Of a stretch of DNA of 64,000 bases, positions 51,309-62,772 are shown one piece after another. Position numbers and translations under genes: made by a program. Where the stretch lies: positions 14,961 to 78,960 of the forward strand of contig DATARY010000104.1 of the NCBI GenBank assembly GCA_036263935.1. The letters run 5' to 3'. Below the pieces are notes generated by a model. It was given only the letters and a program-made list of their open reading frames with translations, did no database searches and was not told the DNA's origin. Positions within the stretch are counted from its first letter, which is position 1. Every line of letters starts with the position of its first letter. This stretch comes from Mycobacterium sp. Its GTDB lineage: Bacteria; Actinomycetota; Actinomycetes; Mycobacteriales; Mycobacteriaceae.

Positions 51309-52536
51309 CGTACGGCGCGAAGCGCGCGCGCAGGTCTTCTTCGTCGAGCCCGAACATGTTGTACGACGTCACGACGCGGCCGAGTCGGCCACGCTCGTGG
51401 TCGGCCAGATACTCGGCGATCCGGGTGCGTGTGTCGTCGGTCATCGGCTCGCCCACCAATCCGTAAACCTGCTCGGCGATGCCGAGTTGGTCGGCCATGT
51501 AGTCGTCGAAGCTCACGTCGATCGATCGCTCCGGTGGGATGACATCGCGGTCGCGAAGCAGCGAGCCGAGCATCAATTCGAGTCGGTCGATCCACTCGGC
51601 TGCGATCTGCTCTACCGGCACAGCGGAGCGGTGCATGCGTGCGGAGTAGGTGAGCATCGCCACCATCGACAGCGCCACCGGCACAGGGTCGCGATGGGTG
51701 CATACGACGGCCGCGCCCGGGAAGACCTTCGCCAGCACGGGGAGTTGCTCTAGGTGCTGAGGAGACTTGAGCAGCCAGCGCTTCCCACCGCGCAGGAACT
51801 GCAGCGCCTTGAGTTGGGTGGCCAGATATTCGTAGGTCGATGTCTGATCGTGGCCAAGGTAATAGTCGCGCCATCGCGGCACGAGAGCGAGGGTCTCCAT
51901 GAACATCGTGGACACATCGTTGGCAAGAAGCTGAATCTCTTCGTGGACATGCTCGGTGGTCATCTCGTGCATGAGTGCGAAGTGCGGCATCACGGTGTTC
52001 ATCACCGAGACCGCAACGTCCATGCGCGCGGCGCGTGGGTCTGGCTCGACCCCGATCTCAGCTGGCAGCGGGAACGGCTCGAAGCTCTCCCAGTACGGCA
52101 GTGTGCGGAAGGTCGGCGCGGCACCGAGCAGGTTATGCAGATGCGTTGTGCCGGTGCGTGGCAGCCCGGCGATGACCACGGGGGGCAGCAGTTCGATGTC
52201 GTGGATCTCTGGGTGCCGGTTCAGCAGGTCGGTGAGCAGCAGCCGGTTCTTCAGCCATTGCGACAGCTGGCCGAAGAAGTTCACGATTCCCGGCGCGTGC
52301 ATGTCGTCGATCTCGTGCAGCGCCGCGAGGTAGACGTCCAGGCGCTCGCGGTAGTCGTCGGGACCGAAGTCGTCGAGCCCGGTGTCGGCAATCGCCCTGG
52401 CGTGCAACGCATCTGCGTCGAGCGGACAGTCGGCGGCGAGTGCGGCCATCATGTCGCGGATCTGCTGGGCCTCGGGGCTGAACCGGGGTTCGGCGAGGTC
52501 GTCTAGCTGGACCAGATCCGGTGTGGCGTGCGTCAT
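51289..52536 (-). CDS. PAPS-dependent sulfotransferase
   Basis: GLPRTGTT (5'-PSB), WLLKSPQH, THRDP...S (3'-PB). Confidence 0.92.
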   Translation of the reverse strand: MTHATPDLVQLDDLAEPRFSPEAQQIRDMMAALAADCPLDADALHARAIADTGLDDFGPDDYRERLDVYLAALHEIDDMHAPGIVNFFGQLSQWLKNRLLLTDLLNRHPEIHDIELLPPVVIAGLPRTGTTHLHNLLGAAPTFRTLPYWESFEPFPLPAEIGVEPDPRAARMDVAVSVMNTVMPHFALMHEMTTEHVHEEIQLLANDVSTMFMETLALVPRWRDYYLGHDQTSTYEYLATQLKALQFLRGGKRWLLKSPQHLEQLPVLAKVFPGAAVVCTHRDPVPVALSMVAMLTYSARMHRSAVPVEQIAAEWIDRLELMLGSLLRDRDVIPPERSIDVSFDDYMADQLGIAEQVYGLVGEPMTDDTRTRIAEYLADHERGRLGRVVTSYNMFGLDEEDLRARFAPYVSRFLS

Positions 52537-52542
52537 GGCGAC

Positions 52543-52565
52543 TTATGTTACTCTGAGTTTCGTAA
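52543..52565. promoter_or_regulatory. Putative TetR operator in 28-bp divergent gap
   Basis: Imperfect inverted repeat TTATGTTAC-TCTGA-GTTTCGTAA. Confidence 0.45.
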
Positions 52566-53140
52566 TGACGACAGACATTGGCCGGCCCCGTGATCCGCGC
52601 ATCGACAGTGCGGTGCTTCGCGCGACGGTCGACCTGCTCGGCGAGACGGGATACGCCGACCTCTCGGTCGACGCGATCGCCCGGCGGGCGGGGACGAGCA
52701 AGCCCGCGATATACCGGCGCTGGCCGAGCAAGGCGCACCTCGTGCACGAGGCGGTATTCCCGATCGACAGCGGGACGGAGCTGCCCGACACCGGGTCGCT
52801 GTCCGGCGACGTGCGCGAGATGGTGCGCCGCACGGTCGCGGTGCTCACCATGCCCGCCGCCATTGCGGCATTGCCAGGGCTGGTCGGCGAGATGGCCGCG
52901 GACCTGACCTTGCACGCCGCGCTTCTGGAGCGGTTCGGCGACATCCTCGCGCGCGGTCTGACGGAGCGGCTCGACGACGCCGAGTCACGAGGAGAGGTCC
53001 GGCCGGACGTGACCGCCGCCGAACTGACCGAGGCCCTCGCAGGCATCACCTTCCTGGCACTGCTCACCCGCGGCGCAACACTCGGCGACACCTGGGTGGA
53101 ACGCACGGCCACCCTGATATTGAGAGGAATCAGCGCATGA
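52565..53140 (+). CDS. TetR family regulator
   Basis: GRPRDP, IARRAGTSKPAIYRRWPSK. Confidence 0.92.
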   Translation: MTTDIGRPRDPRIDSAVLRATVDLLGETGYADLSVDAIARRAGTSKPAIYRRWPSKAHLVHEAVFPIDSGTELPDTGSLSGDVREMVRRTVAVLTMPAAIAALPGLVGEMAADLTLHAALLERFGDILARGLTERLDDAESRGEVRPDVTAAELTEALAGITFLALLTRGATLGDTWVERTATLILRGISA

Positions 53141-54243
53141 CGACTCACGAGTCGACCGCCGCCTGGCGCGAGCTGCTCGAAACCGTTGGCAGCCTTGACC
53201 GCTCGTTCCTCGAGGGCGATCGGGCGGTCACCGACGACCGGCATATCGCCGATGGCTATCGCATGCTCGCGACGACGATGGGCGTTGCGTTTGACGCGTA
53301 CCTTTTCGCAGACCCCAGCCGGCCGATGTTCGTGGAGGTCAATACGCCCTTCCGGCGTGACCGTAGATGGGGCGGCGACAACACGGACGCCTATTACTTC
53401 ATGTGCCCGGTCGACCCCAAGCGTCGCTATCGCATCAGCGGCAACAAGGGCGACAGCGTCTACTTCTCGGTGACCGCTTACAACGAACCGTCGCCGGGGG
53501 CGTGGTCGGACCGGATCGTGGCGATCGTGCGCGACGACGATGTCGATATCGACGACGCGGGCAACTTCTCGTTCGAGCTCGGGCCGACGCCCGACGGTGT
53601 GGTGCTGATGACCCGCGACTACCAGGCCGACCCCCTCACCGGCCGGCCGGTCAGCTGGCACATCGAGGCGCTCGACGAGCCCGATCCGATCCAGCACGGC
53701 GACGCCGAAACCGCCGCGGCCCTTCGGGCCACTGCCGCCTGGCTGCGCACCATGTTCGCCATCGTGCCGCTCGCGGTCGGGGCGCGTGTCGACGACGCGC
53801 ACACCCTCGGCCACGAAATCTCGCAAGTTGCAAACCAATTCGCCGACCCCTACCAGGTGCCGGACGCCAACTTCGGCTGGTCGGCGCGCGACGCCTGCTA
53901 TGCCTACGGCAGTTTCGTCCTCGACGACGATGAGGTGTTGGTGATCACGCACCGGCCGCCCAAGTGCAGGTTCTGGAACCTGGTGGTGTGGAACCAGTTC
54001 ATGGCCACCCATAACGCCAACGACGCGCGCAGCTCGGTCAACGGCCACAGCGCGCTGCCCAACCCCGACGGCTCCGTCACGATTGTCGTCTCCCGGGGGA
54101 TGACCGCGCACCCGAATTCCCTGACAACACTGGACTATCCGCGGGGCAATCTCGCCTTCAGGTGGTTTCTGGCCGACCAGGTGCCGGCCCGCCCGGACGT
54201 GCGGCTGGTGAAGGTGGCCGACGCGCCGACGAGTGTGAACTGA
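53137..54243 (+). CDS. DUF1214-domain protein
   Basis: WGGDNTDAYY, YRISG, CRFWN, PNPDGSVTIVVS, FRW; ATGA coupled to TetR. Confidence 0.85.
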   Translation: MTTHESTAAWRELLETVGSLDRSFLEGDRAVTDDRHIADGYRMLATTMGVAFDAYLFADPSRPMFVEVNTPFRRDRRWGGDNTDAYYFMCPVDPKRRYRISGNKGDSVYFSVTAYNEPSPGAWSDRIVAIVRDDDVDIDDAGNFSFELGPTPDGVVLMTRDYQADPLTGRPVSWHIEALDEPDPIQHGDAETAAALRATAAWLRTMFAIVPLAVGARVDDAHTLGHEISQVANQFADPYQVPDANFGWSARDACYAYGSFVLDDDEVLVITHRPPKCRFWNLVVWNQFMATHNANDARSSVNGHSALPNPDGSVTIVVSRGMTAHPNSLTTLDYPRGNLAFRWFLADQVPARPDVRLVKVADAPTSVN

Positions 54244-54284
54244 CTCCAGCCGAAAACTAGGCGGCCCGGGCTTACATTTGCCGC

Positions 54285-54815
54285 ATGGCAGGCGCAGCCC
54301 TGTTCCCCACCCCGGCCGAGATCGAAGCGAGCACGCCTGCGACCCGGGACCGGGCCATCGACGTCATCCGCATCGTGTCGTTGGTCGGGGTCGTGGCCGG
54401 GCACACGATCATGGCCACAAGCACGCTGCGCGACGACGTGTTTATCTGGACCAACCTGCTCACCATGTCTCCGGTATTCCAGGCGTTGACCTGGGTGTTT
54501 CAGATCATGCCGCTGACCTTCTTCGCGGGCGTCGCGGCATCGTGCTGTCGATCGTGCAGCTACTGGTCATGGGAGCGCTGGTCGCGCTCGTGTTCGTCAC
54601 GCTGCGGCCGCTGGAGAACAATCCATTGCGGTCCTGGGACGGGGCTTCGTCGCCCGGCCCGGCGCCCGCAGCGCCGCGGTAGGTGCGCTGCTGTGCATCG
54701 CCGGTATGGCGACGCTGGCGTCGGTCGGCTGGGGCCTGAAGGACCAGGGGCTCTGCTGCGTCGCGGTGATGCTGTCTGCGCTGGTCGCCGCGCGCACGCT
54801 GGCCAGCGACAGTCA
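54285..54815 (+). pseudogene. Membrane acyltransferase (Acyl_transf_3) with large internal deletion and frameshifts
   Basis: RDRAIDVIR...GH...TWVFQIMPLTFFAG, then jump near 54541 to C-terminal fragments LRPLENNPL and VGWGLK in other frames. Confidence 0.8.
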
Positions 54816-55424
54816 GCGGGTCTGCGCCGCGAGGCGGCCGGCGAGGATGACGTAGGTCGCGGCGAAACTGCGCCGCATCCACGCCACGATGCGCGGCCGC
54901 GAGATGACCTCACGACGGACAGCCGCGGCGAACACGCCGTAGAAGCTGAACACCACCAGCGTCACCGCCATGAAGATCATGCTCAGCCACACCATCAACA
55001 ACACGGCCCCATTACGGTCGGGCGCGACGAATTGGGGCAGGAATGCGAAGAAGAAGATCGTCAGCTTCGGGTTCAACGTATTGACCAACACGCCCGACAC
55101 GATGACCCGCCACGGCGACACCTTCGCCGGATCGGACGGTACCTCGAAGATCGATTTGTCGCGAAATGTCTTCCACGCCAGGTAAAGCAGATATCCGACT
55201 CCGAGAAATTTGATGACCGAGAAGGCCAGCGCGCTCGCGTGCATGATGGCGGCCAGTCCCGTCACCGCTGCGACCATGTGCGGCACGATGCCGAGGGTGC
55301 AGGCAAACGCCGCCACCAGGCTGGCCCGCCGTCCGCGAGACAGACCGGCGGCCACCGTGTACAGCACGCCCGCGCCCGGCGTCGCCACCACGATGAGCGT
55401 CGTCAGCAGGAACTCGGGTGTCAC
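54813..55424 (-). CDS. LysE family exporter
   Basis: TPGAG, GYLLYLAW, NTLNPK, FLPQF. Confidence 0.92.
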   Translation of the reverse strand: MTPEFLLTTLIVVATPGAGVLYTVAAGLSRGRRASLVAAFACTLGIVPHMVAAVTGLAAIMHASALAFSVIKFLGVGYLLYLAWKTFRDKSIFEVPSDPAKVSPWRVIVSGVLVNTLNPKLTIFFFAFLPQFVAPDRNGAVLLMVWLSMIFMAVTLVVFSFYGVFAAAVRREVISRPRIVAWMRRSFAATYVILAGRLAAQTR

Positions 55425-55427
55425 GAC

Positions 55428-55631
55428 CTAGCCGCTCTTGCGACGGAACTCCCGGCGATGCTCGACCGGCCCGTGCGCGCGCGGCTGCCTGGCACCCCTG
55501 TCCTTGTGGTCGGCATTGCCGCCTGACTTGGCCTTCTTCCGCTCCAGCGCTTCCCGGAACTTGCGTTTGGTGTCGTCTTCCGGCGACTTCGCCGATTCCC
55601 TGGTCGCTTCGCTTCTGCCCTCCGATGCCAT
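55428..55631 (-). CDS. DUF5302-like small basic protein
   Basis: KRKFREALERK, REFRRKSG. Confidence 0.85.
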   Translation of the reverse strand: MASEGRSEATRESAKSPEDDTKRKFREALERKKAKSGGNADHKDRGARQPRAHGPVEHRREFRRKSG

Positions 55632-55673
55632 GATCGCAGCGTAGCGCGGCACGCCAGACGTCGTCGTCTGCTT

Positions 55674-56674
<1,001 letters not shown>

Positions 56675-56678
<4 letters not shown>

Positions 56679-57514
56679 GTTCCGCACCAACGGTCAAGGC
56701 CGATGGCACCGTTCTGACCGGCGTCTCCGAGACGGCCCTGCTCACCTTGCACGTGCGGGCGCACGAAGCGCGCAGGCCGGATTCCATCATCGACGATCCG
56801 ATCGCGATCGAGCTCGTCGACTCCATCGACTTCGACTTCGCCAAATTCGGCTTCGGCCGGCGCCAGAGCTTTGCGATGCGCGCATTGGGCTACGACCGAC
56901 AGACGCGCCGCTATCTTGTCGACCATCCCGAGGCAACCGTAGTCGCAATCGCCGAGGGGTTGCAGACCAGCTTCTACCGCCTTGACGCTTCCGGTGTCAG
57001 CGACCAATTCCACTGGCTCACAGTCGATCTGCCGCCGATAATCGAGTTGCGACGCAAGCTGCTGCCCACGTCGGACAGGGTGCGGATGTGCGCCCAGTCG
57101 GCGCTGGATTTCAGCTGGATGGACGGCGTCGACACGGAGCACGGCGTGTTCATCACCGCCGAGGGCGTGATGATGTACCTGCAACCCGAAGAGGCAATGG
57201 CGTTGATGACGGAGTGCGCCAAGCGGTTTCCGAACGGACAGATGATGTTCGATCTGCCGCCGTCGGGTTTCGCGGCGATGTCTCGCCGCGGCATGCGGAT
57301 CTCCCTGCGGTACCGGGTGCCTCCGATGCCATTCAGTCTGTCGGTCTCCGAGGCGGCAAACTTGGTCAACACGGTGCCAGGGGTCCGGGCAGTGCATGAT
57401 CTGCCGCATGCGGCTGGCCGCGGCAAAGTACTGAACACCGCATTGTGGACAGTCCAGCGGCTTCCACTGTTCGATCCTGTCCGACCGCTGCTGATACTGA
57501 TGGAGTTCGGCTAG
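56675..57514 (+). CDS. omt: SAM-dependent O-methyltransferase (Rv1153c-like)
   Basis: GVSETALLTL, AEGLQT, VDLP, AEGVMMY; GTGA overlap. Confidence 0.88.
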
Positions 57515-57880
57515 CTAACCGAAGGCCGTCTCGACGTAGCGCATCGCGTCGGCCTTATCGACGCCCAGCGCCCGCGCCGCCGACACAAACGTGTGCGCAG
57601 CCGTCGCCATCGCGGCGTCAGCCGGATCCATCCTGGCGACGAAAGTGCCAAAGCGCCCACGAGTTTCGAGAATTCCGGCCGACTCCAACTCCCGGTATGC
57701 GCGGGCAACGGTGTTGACGGCCAGGCTCATCTTCCCGGCCAGCTCGCGGACCGTCGGCAACCGGCTGCCCGGGGACAGCCTTCCGTCCCGGATCCCGTCG
57801 ATGATCTGCGTCCTGAGCTGGTCGAAAAGCGGCTTGGCACCGTGTGGATCTACGCGAACCCAATCCCCCAACTCGGCCAC
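57515..57880 (-). CDS. GntR (YtrA-type) regulator (Rv1152-like)
   Basis: [27 protein letters not shown]. Confidence 0.92.
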   Translation of the reverse strand: MAELGDWVRVDPHGAKPLFDQLRTQIIDGIRDGRLSPGSRLPTVRELAGKMSLAVNTVARAYRELESAGILETRGRFGTFVARMDPADAAMATAAHTFVSAARALGVDKADAMRYVETAFG

Positions 57881-57916
57881 GTCCCCAGTATCACCCAAAC
57901 CCGCTACTTTGGTGGT

Positions 57917-58630
57917 GTGCAGGTGACGGTCCTCAGCGGTGCGGGCATTTCGGCAGAGAGCGGTGTGCCGACGTTCCGCGACGCCGAGACCGGCCTGTGG
58001 GCGAAGGTCGATCCATACGAGATCTCCAGCTCAGAGGGATGGCGCGCGCACCCCGAGAAGGTGTGGGCTTGGTACCTGTGGCGGCACTACCTGATGGGCT
58101 CGGTGCAGCCGAACAACGGCCATCTGGCGGTCGCGGCGTGGCAGGACTATGCGGACGTACACGTGGTCACACAGAACGTCGACAACCTCCACGAGCGCGC
58201 CGGCAGTAGCCATGTCTACCACTTGCACGGCAGCCTGTTCGAATTCCGTTGCGATCGTTGCCAATCCCCGTACGGCGGGGAGCTGCCCACGATGCCCGAG
58301 CCGGTTGAGGCCGTCGACCCGCCGCGGTGCTCGTGCGGTGGGCCGATCCGGCCCAACGTCGTGTGGTTCGGCGAGCCGCTGCCCGAGGATGCTTGGCAGC
58401 GTTCGGTTGATGCGGTGACCAACGCGGACGTGGTGATCGTCGTCGGCACATCATCGATCGTTTACCCCGCGGCGGGGCTACCCGAGTTGGCGCTGGCCTC
58501 TGGCACCACGGTCGTCGAGGTCAACCCCGAACGCACCCCGCTGTCGGCGAGCGCCACCGTCACGCTGCGGGAAACGGCTGCGACCGCCCTGCCAGGGCTC
58601 CTACAGCGCCTGCCCGCGTTGTTGGGCTAG
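57917..58630 (+). CDS. cobB: NAD-dependent protein deacylase (sirtuin)
   Basis: [26 protein letters not shown], Zn cysteines, GTS. Confidence 0.95.
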   Translation: MQVTVLSGAGISAESGVPTFRDAETGLWAKVDPYEISSSEGWRAHPEKVWAWYLWRHYLMGSVQPNNGHLAVAAWQDYADVHVVTQNVDNLHERAGSSHVYHLHGSLFEFRCDRCQSPYGGELPTMPEPVEAVDPPRCSCGGPIRPNVVWFGEPLPEDAWQRSVDAVTNADVVIVVGTSSIVYPAAGLPELALASGTTVVEVNPERTPLSASATVTLRETAATALPGLLQRLPALLG

Positions 58631-59262
58631 GCGGCCCGCACCGCCCGGCCGATGGCAAACTCCGAGACCGGCATCGGCACCCACGCGGGAAGCGTCCACT
58701 CGCGACGCGCGCCGATCACCTGAAACCCGGCGCCGACGATGGCCTCCTCGGTGTGCCGATGGGTGTGGCAGTTGCCGGCCAACCGCGGCCACAGGGTGGC
58801 GTCGGCGAGCTTCTGCAGGCGTGCACGAGGACCGCTGCTGGCGACATGCTCGAGATAGCGCAGCTCGCCGCCCGGCCGTAGCATTGAAAGCAATTGCCGC
58901 AGAACGTCATCCGGCTTATCGATCGAGCACAGCACCAACGAGCAGACGACCGCCTCGAAGGGCTCCGCCCCAGACGTGTACTGCTCGACCGTGTTGGAGC
59001 TGACCGTGACAGGCACAGAAGCGACCGCGGCGGCTCGCTGCGCCAGCACCGCCAGCCGCGGCTCGGGTTCGACGGCGACCACCTCTGTCACGGTGTCCGG
59101 GTAGAACTCGAAATTGGTCCCGGTCCCCGCGCCGACTTCCAGCACCCGGCCGGACAGGCCCTCGAGGTTCTCGCAGCGCAGCCGCAGTAGCGACTCCGGC
59201 TCGTGCTTCGACAGCACGGTCCACACCCGCGCGAAGAACGGGTTATCGACGGTGTTGCACAT
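58627..59262 (-). CDS. Class I SAM methyltransferase (Rv1147-like)
   Basis: [24 protein letters not shown]. Confidence 0.9.
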   Translation of the reverse strand: MCNTVDNPFFARVWTVLSKHEPESLLRLRCENLEGLSGRVLEVGAGTGTNFEFYPDTVTEVVAVEPEPRLAVLAQRAAAVASVPVTVSSNTVEQYTSGAEPFEAVVCSLVLCSIDKPDDVLRQLLSMLRPGGELRYLEHVASSGPRARLQKLADATLWPRLAGNCHTHRHTEEAIVGAGFQVIGARREWTLPAWVPMPVSEFAIGRAVRAA

Positions 59263-59938
59263 CCAGCAGTCCCTTCAACCTGGCGACCGCCTCCTGTGGC
59301 GTGGTGCCCGGGGTGATGGCGCCCGACACGATCTCTCCTACGACCACCGCCTGCAGCACCCGGTGGGCGAAACCCTCGACATCGCCCCACGGCAAGTACG
59401 GCCTGGAGATCATCATCGCGGCCACCCCATGTCCGACCGTCCACAACTCCAGTGCAGTGACCGTCGAATCACCGGGCGGGAGAACGCTTTCGGCCATCAG
59501 CATCTCGACCGTGTTGCGCATGTGCACGAACGCAGAACTGTTCAGCGCCATGTCCACATCGCTACCGGGCCGACCGTCACCCATTGTCGCGATGCGGTAC
59601 AGCTCAGGGGTTTTCATCGCGAACCGGATGTACGCCAACCCTTGCGCCCGTAGCACCTCGATCGTCGACGGCTGCGCGGCGGCCGCCTGCTGCATCTCCT
59701 CCCCGAGCTTCTCGAAGTACCTGGCGCACACCGCGTCCAGGAGCGCGTCCTTGTCTGCGAAGTGCAAATAGATCGACGGCGGCGTCACCCCGACCCGCTG
59801 GGCCACCGAACGGATCGACACACCCTTGGCGTGGCCCGTCTTCAGCACCAGCTCGGTGGTGGCATCAAGAATCTCCTCGCGCAACTGCTCACCGGAACCC
59901 CGCGGGGCACGGCGGCGACGCAGATTGTCGATGGCCAC
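59243..59938 (-). CDS. TetR family regulator
   Basis: SIRSVAQRVGVTPPSIYLHFADK. Confidence 0.9.
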   Translation of the reverse strand: MAIDNLRRRRAPRGSGEQLREEILDATTELVLKTGHAKGVSIRSVAQRVGVTPPSIYLHFADKDALLDAVCARYFEKLGEEMQQAAAAQPSTIEVLRAQGLAYIRFAMKTPELYRIATMGDGRPGSDVDMALNSSAFVHMRNTVEMLMAESVLPPGDSTVTALELWTVGHGVAAMMISRPYLPWGDVEGFAHRVLQAVVVGEIVSGAITPGTTPQEAVARLKGLLDVQHRR

Positions 59939-59939
59939 G

Positions 59940-62243
59940 CTAACCAGTGTCCAGGGAGATGGCGGTCCGCTCGCGATTGTTGTTCGCCGGAGGGTCGTCG
60001 GGGGCCTCGCTGATGCCGATTCGAGCGTGCAGCCGGGCCAGCGGTTTGGGTGCCCACCAATTCCACCGGCCGAGCAAATGCATGAACGCGGGCACCAGCA
60101 GCATCCGGACCAGCGTCGCGTCCGCAAGCACCGCCAGCGTGAGGCCGGCGCCGAACATCCGCATGAACGCGACCTGCGCGGCGATCAGTGCGGCGAACGA
60201 GATCGACATCAGCAGAGCCGCGGCGGTGACGACCCGGCCCGTGCGCGCAAGGCCAAGTGCCACACTCTCGTCGTTATCGGAACGGGTGTTGGCTTGGCCT
60301 TCCGTCGCCGGCCGCGCGGCTCCGGCCCTAAGCGAGTATTCACGGATCCGGGAGACCAGGAACACCTCGTAGTCCATCGACAGCCCAAACGCGACGCAGA
60401 ACAGCAGCACCGGCAGGTTAACAACCAACGTGCCGGTCGGTGTGGTTCCCAGCGCGCCAAGATGGCCGTCCTGGAAGATCCACACCAGCGCGCCGAAGGC
60501 CGCCGTCAGCGATAAGACGTTGAGCACCAGCGCCTTCAACGGCAACACCACGCTGCCGGTGAGGAGGAACAGCAGCACGAACGTGATCGCCGCGATGACT
60601 CCCAGCACCGTCGGCAGCCTGGAGGTAATCGCTACCACGCTGTCGTGGTTGATCTGCGCGACGCCGGTCAGCTTAACGGGATCTCCGGCAGGTGGACGCA
60701 CCGCGCGCAGCGCGCTGAGTTGTGCCTCGGAGGCGTTGGAGAACAGGGGGGCAACGCTGACCACGGTGAGGAATGCACTGCCATCCTTGAGGTCGGTGGC
60801 TGCAGACGGTGGCCCGATCGGCTTGCCGTCGACGAATGTGCCACCCGGCGCCGACACCGACGACACGTCGGCCACCTGCGATAGCGCCCCGGCGTACCGG
60901 TCGAGTTCCGGCGGCGTGATCCCTGTGGTGTCGGGAAGGACGATGGTGACGTTCTTGGCCGAGTCGACCGCGAAATTGCTGCGCATCTCGTCGCCGACCT
61001 GGCGCGCCGACGCCGACTGCGGCAGTACGCGGTCGTCCGGGAACCCCCATTTGACGCCGAGGAACGGCGACCCCAGCACAAGGAGCAACGCAATGATCGC
61101 AATTCCGAGCGGAATCGCCCGGCGCATAACGAATTTCGTGGACCGATACCAGAACGTCTGCTCGACCGGCTTGCGCGCCGGCTCGGGCCGGCCCAGGACG
61201 CGGCGGGCAAACCTGCGCACGTCAAGTGAGTCCAGCCGATCGCCCAGCAGCACGATCGCCGCGGGCGCCACCACGATGGCGGCGACGGCCGCGAACGCCA
61301 CCACCGCGATGCCCGCGTACGCGAAGGATTTCAGGAAGTACATCGGGAAGATCACCATAGCGACCATCGACAGCGCGACCGTCAACGCGGAGAACAGCAC
61401 GGTCCGGCCGGCTGTCGCCATGGTGCGCACCAGCGCGCGGTCGCGATCGGCGCCGTCGGCGAGCTCGTCGCGGTACCGGCTGATGATCAGCAGCGTGTAG
61501 TCGATCGCCAGGGCGAGACCCATCGCGACGGTCAGGTTCATCGCGAAAATCGACACGTCGGTGACGAAGGTGACGGCTCGCAGCACCGCCATCGACCCCA
61601 GGATCGCGAACCCGCCCACGGCCAGCGGCAGAGCCGCGGCCATCAATCCGCCGAACACCCACACCAGCACAACAAAGCTCAGCGGGATGGCAATGGACTC
61701 CATCGTCAACAGGTCTTTTTCGCTTTGCCCGTTGATCTGGACATAGATCATCACCTCGCCGCCCGCGCGGACCGTGACACCGTCGCGATCGTGCACGAGT
61801 TGATTGGTGAGTGACTTGGCGTACTTCTGGGCGCCGCTCTCGCCGCCCGTGATACCCGCGACGATGAGCCCGGTTTTGCCGTCCTTGCTGATCAGGCCCG
61901 GTTCCGCGGGCGGCGGGGCCGTCCACGCCGAGGTCACCTGCGCCACATGTGGCGACGCCTTCAACTGGGTCGCGATGTCGGTACCCACCGAACGCGCCTG
62001 GGGGCTGTCCACGCCCTTGTCGGAGGTCACGCTGATCACCAGCTGCATGTCCCCCTGGTTGAACTTATCGGCGAGCAGCTTGGTCGCCTGGGCCGACTCC
62101 GACGTCGGGTCCTGGAAACCCCCGGCGGACAGGCTCTTGGCGACCGGAATCCCGAAGATGCCGCACGCCACCATGACCAGAGCCGCGATCGCGGTGATTC
62201 GTCGCGGGGCGGCGATGGCCAGCAGTGCGATTCGTTGCAGCAC
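59940..62243 (-). CDS. mmpL13: MmpL13-like RND transporter (single intact ORF)
   Basis: LAIDYTL, AGRTVLFS, GLSMDYEVFL, DATLVR...VPA. Confidence 0.88.
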   Translation of the reverse strand: MLQRIALLAIAAPRRITAIAALVMVACGIFGIPVAKSLSAGGFQDPTSESAQATKLLADKFNQGDMQLVISVTSDKGVDSPQARSVGTDIATQLKASPHVAQVTSAWTAPPPAEPGLISKDGKTGLIVAGITGGESGAQKYAKSLTNQLVHDRDGVTVRAGGEVMIYVQINGQSEKDLLTMESIAIPLSFVVLVWVFGGLMAAALPLAVGGFAILGSMAVLRAVTFVTDVSIFAMNLTVAMGLALAIDYTLLIISRYRDELADGADRDRALVRTMATAGRTVLFSALTVALSMVAMVIFPMYFLKSFAYAGIAVVAFAAVAAIVVAPAAIVLLGDRLDSLDVRRFARRVLGRPEPARKPVEQTFWYRSTKFVMRRAIPLGIAIIALLLVLGSPFLGVKWGFPDDRVLPQSASARQVGDEMRSNFAVDSAKNVTIVLPDTTGITPPELDRYAGALSQVADVSSVSAPGGTFVDGKPIGPPSAATDLKDGSAFLTVVSVAPLFSNASEAQLSALRAVRPPAGDPVKLTGVAQINHDSVVAITSRLPTVLGVIAAITFVLLFLLTGSVVLPLKALVLNVLSLTAAFGALVWIFQDGHLGALGTTPTGTLVVNLPVLLFCVAFGLSMDYEVFLVSRIREYSLRAGAARPATEGQANTRSDNDESVALGLARTGRVVTAAALLMSISFAALIAAQVAFMRMFGAGLTLAVLADATLVRMLLVPAFMHLLGRWNWWAPKPLARLHARIGISEAPDDPPANNNRERTAISLDTG

Positions 62244-62280
62244 GTCGTGCCCTTCAAGTCGCCGACTGCAATATCAACGC

Positions 62281-62301
62281 TAACTTATCAGTGATAACTT
62301 A
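62281..62301. promoter_or_regulatory. Palindromic operator upstream of mmpL13
   Basis: TAAC-TTATCA-G-TGATAA-CTTA; perfect 6-bp inverted repeat. Confidence 0.65.
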
Positions 62302-62502
62302 CGGGGGTCAACACGTTCAACCCGAACGTCAATTACGACAACCGGACGTTCACCAGGGTCGGCGCTGCTGTCGCCGGCGCGTTGCCGAAGTGGGAACCCA
62401 CGCCACAGCTACTGGCGGGAAACCTACCCGGCGGTAGGATTGCCATGATTTTCCGAATCGTGACTCAAAGAATCCTTAATGGTGACCCCTACTGTTCAGT
62501 AC

Positions 62503-62634
62503 ATGTGGATCGACGACACCAGTGTTGATGTCATCAAGGTTGATTTCGAGGCGCTCTACCACGGGGATGTCCTGGTAGAAGGCGATACCTCGGAGCAGCT
62601 CGACGACGAGCACACGCTGCCCGCCGCGGTCTGA
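62503..62634 (+). CDS. Small acidic protein (43 aa, leaderless; not in ORF track)
   Basis: TACTGT-7nt-ATG; MWIDDTSVDVIKVDFEALYHGDVLVEGDTSEQLDDEHTLPAAV. Confidence 0.65.
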   Translation: MWIDDTSVDVIKVDFEALYHGDVLVEGDTSEQLDDEHTLPAAV

Positions 62635-62772
62635 GCAAGCGCGCGCCACCCGCCTGCGCTTACCACCGCGACAGTTTGCCCAGCTTGGGCACACTTGCGT
62701 GATTCCTATTTCGCCCGCCACCAGGTCCTTGTTTTGATCCTCACGTGCGCTCCTTGCTCGTCGCGCGAGCGC

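Noticed and set aside
62305-62460. Possible riboswitch or sRNA (several short hairpins)
   Set aside because: No recognisable Rfam consensus; short stems are expected by chance at this GC content
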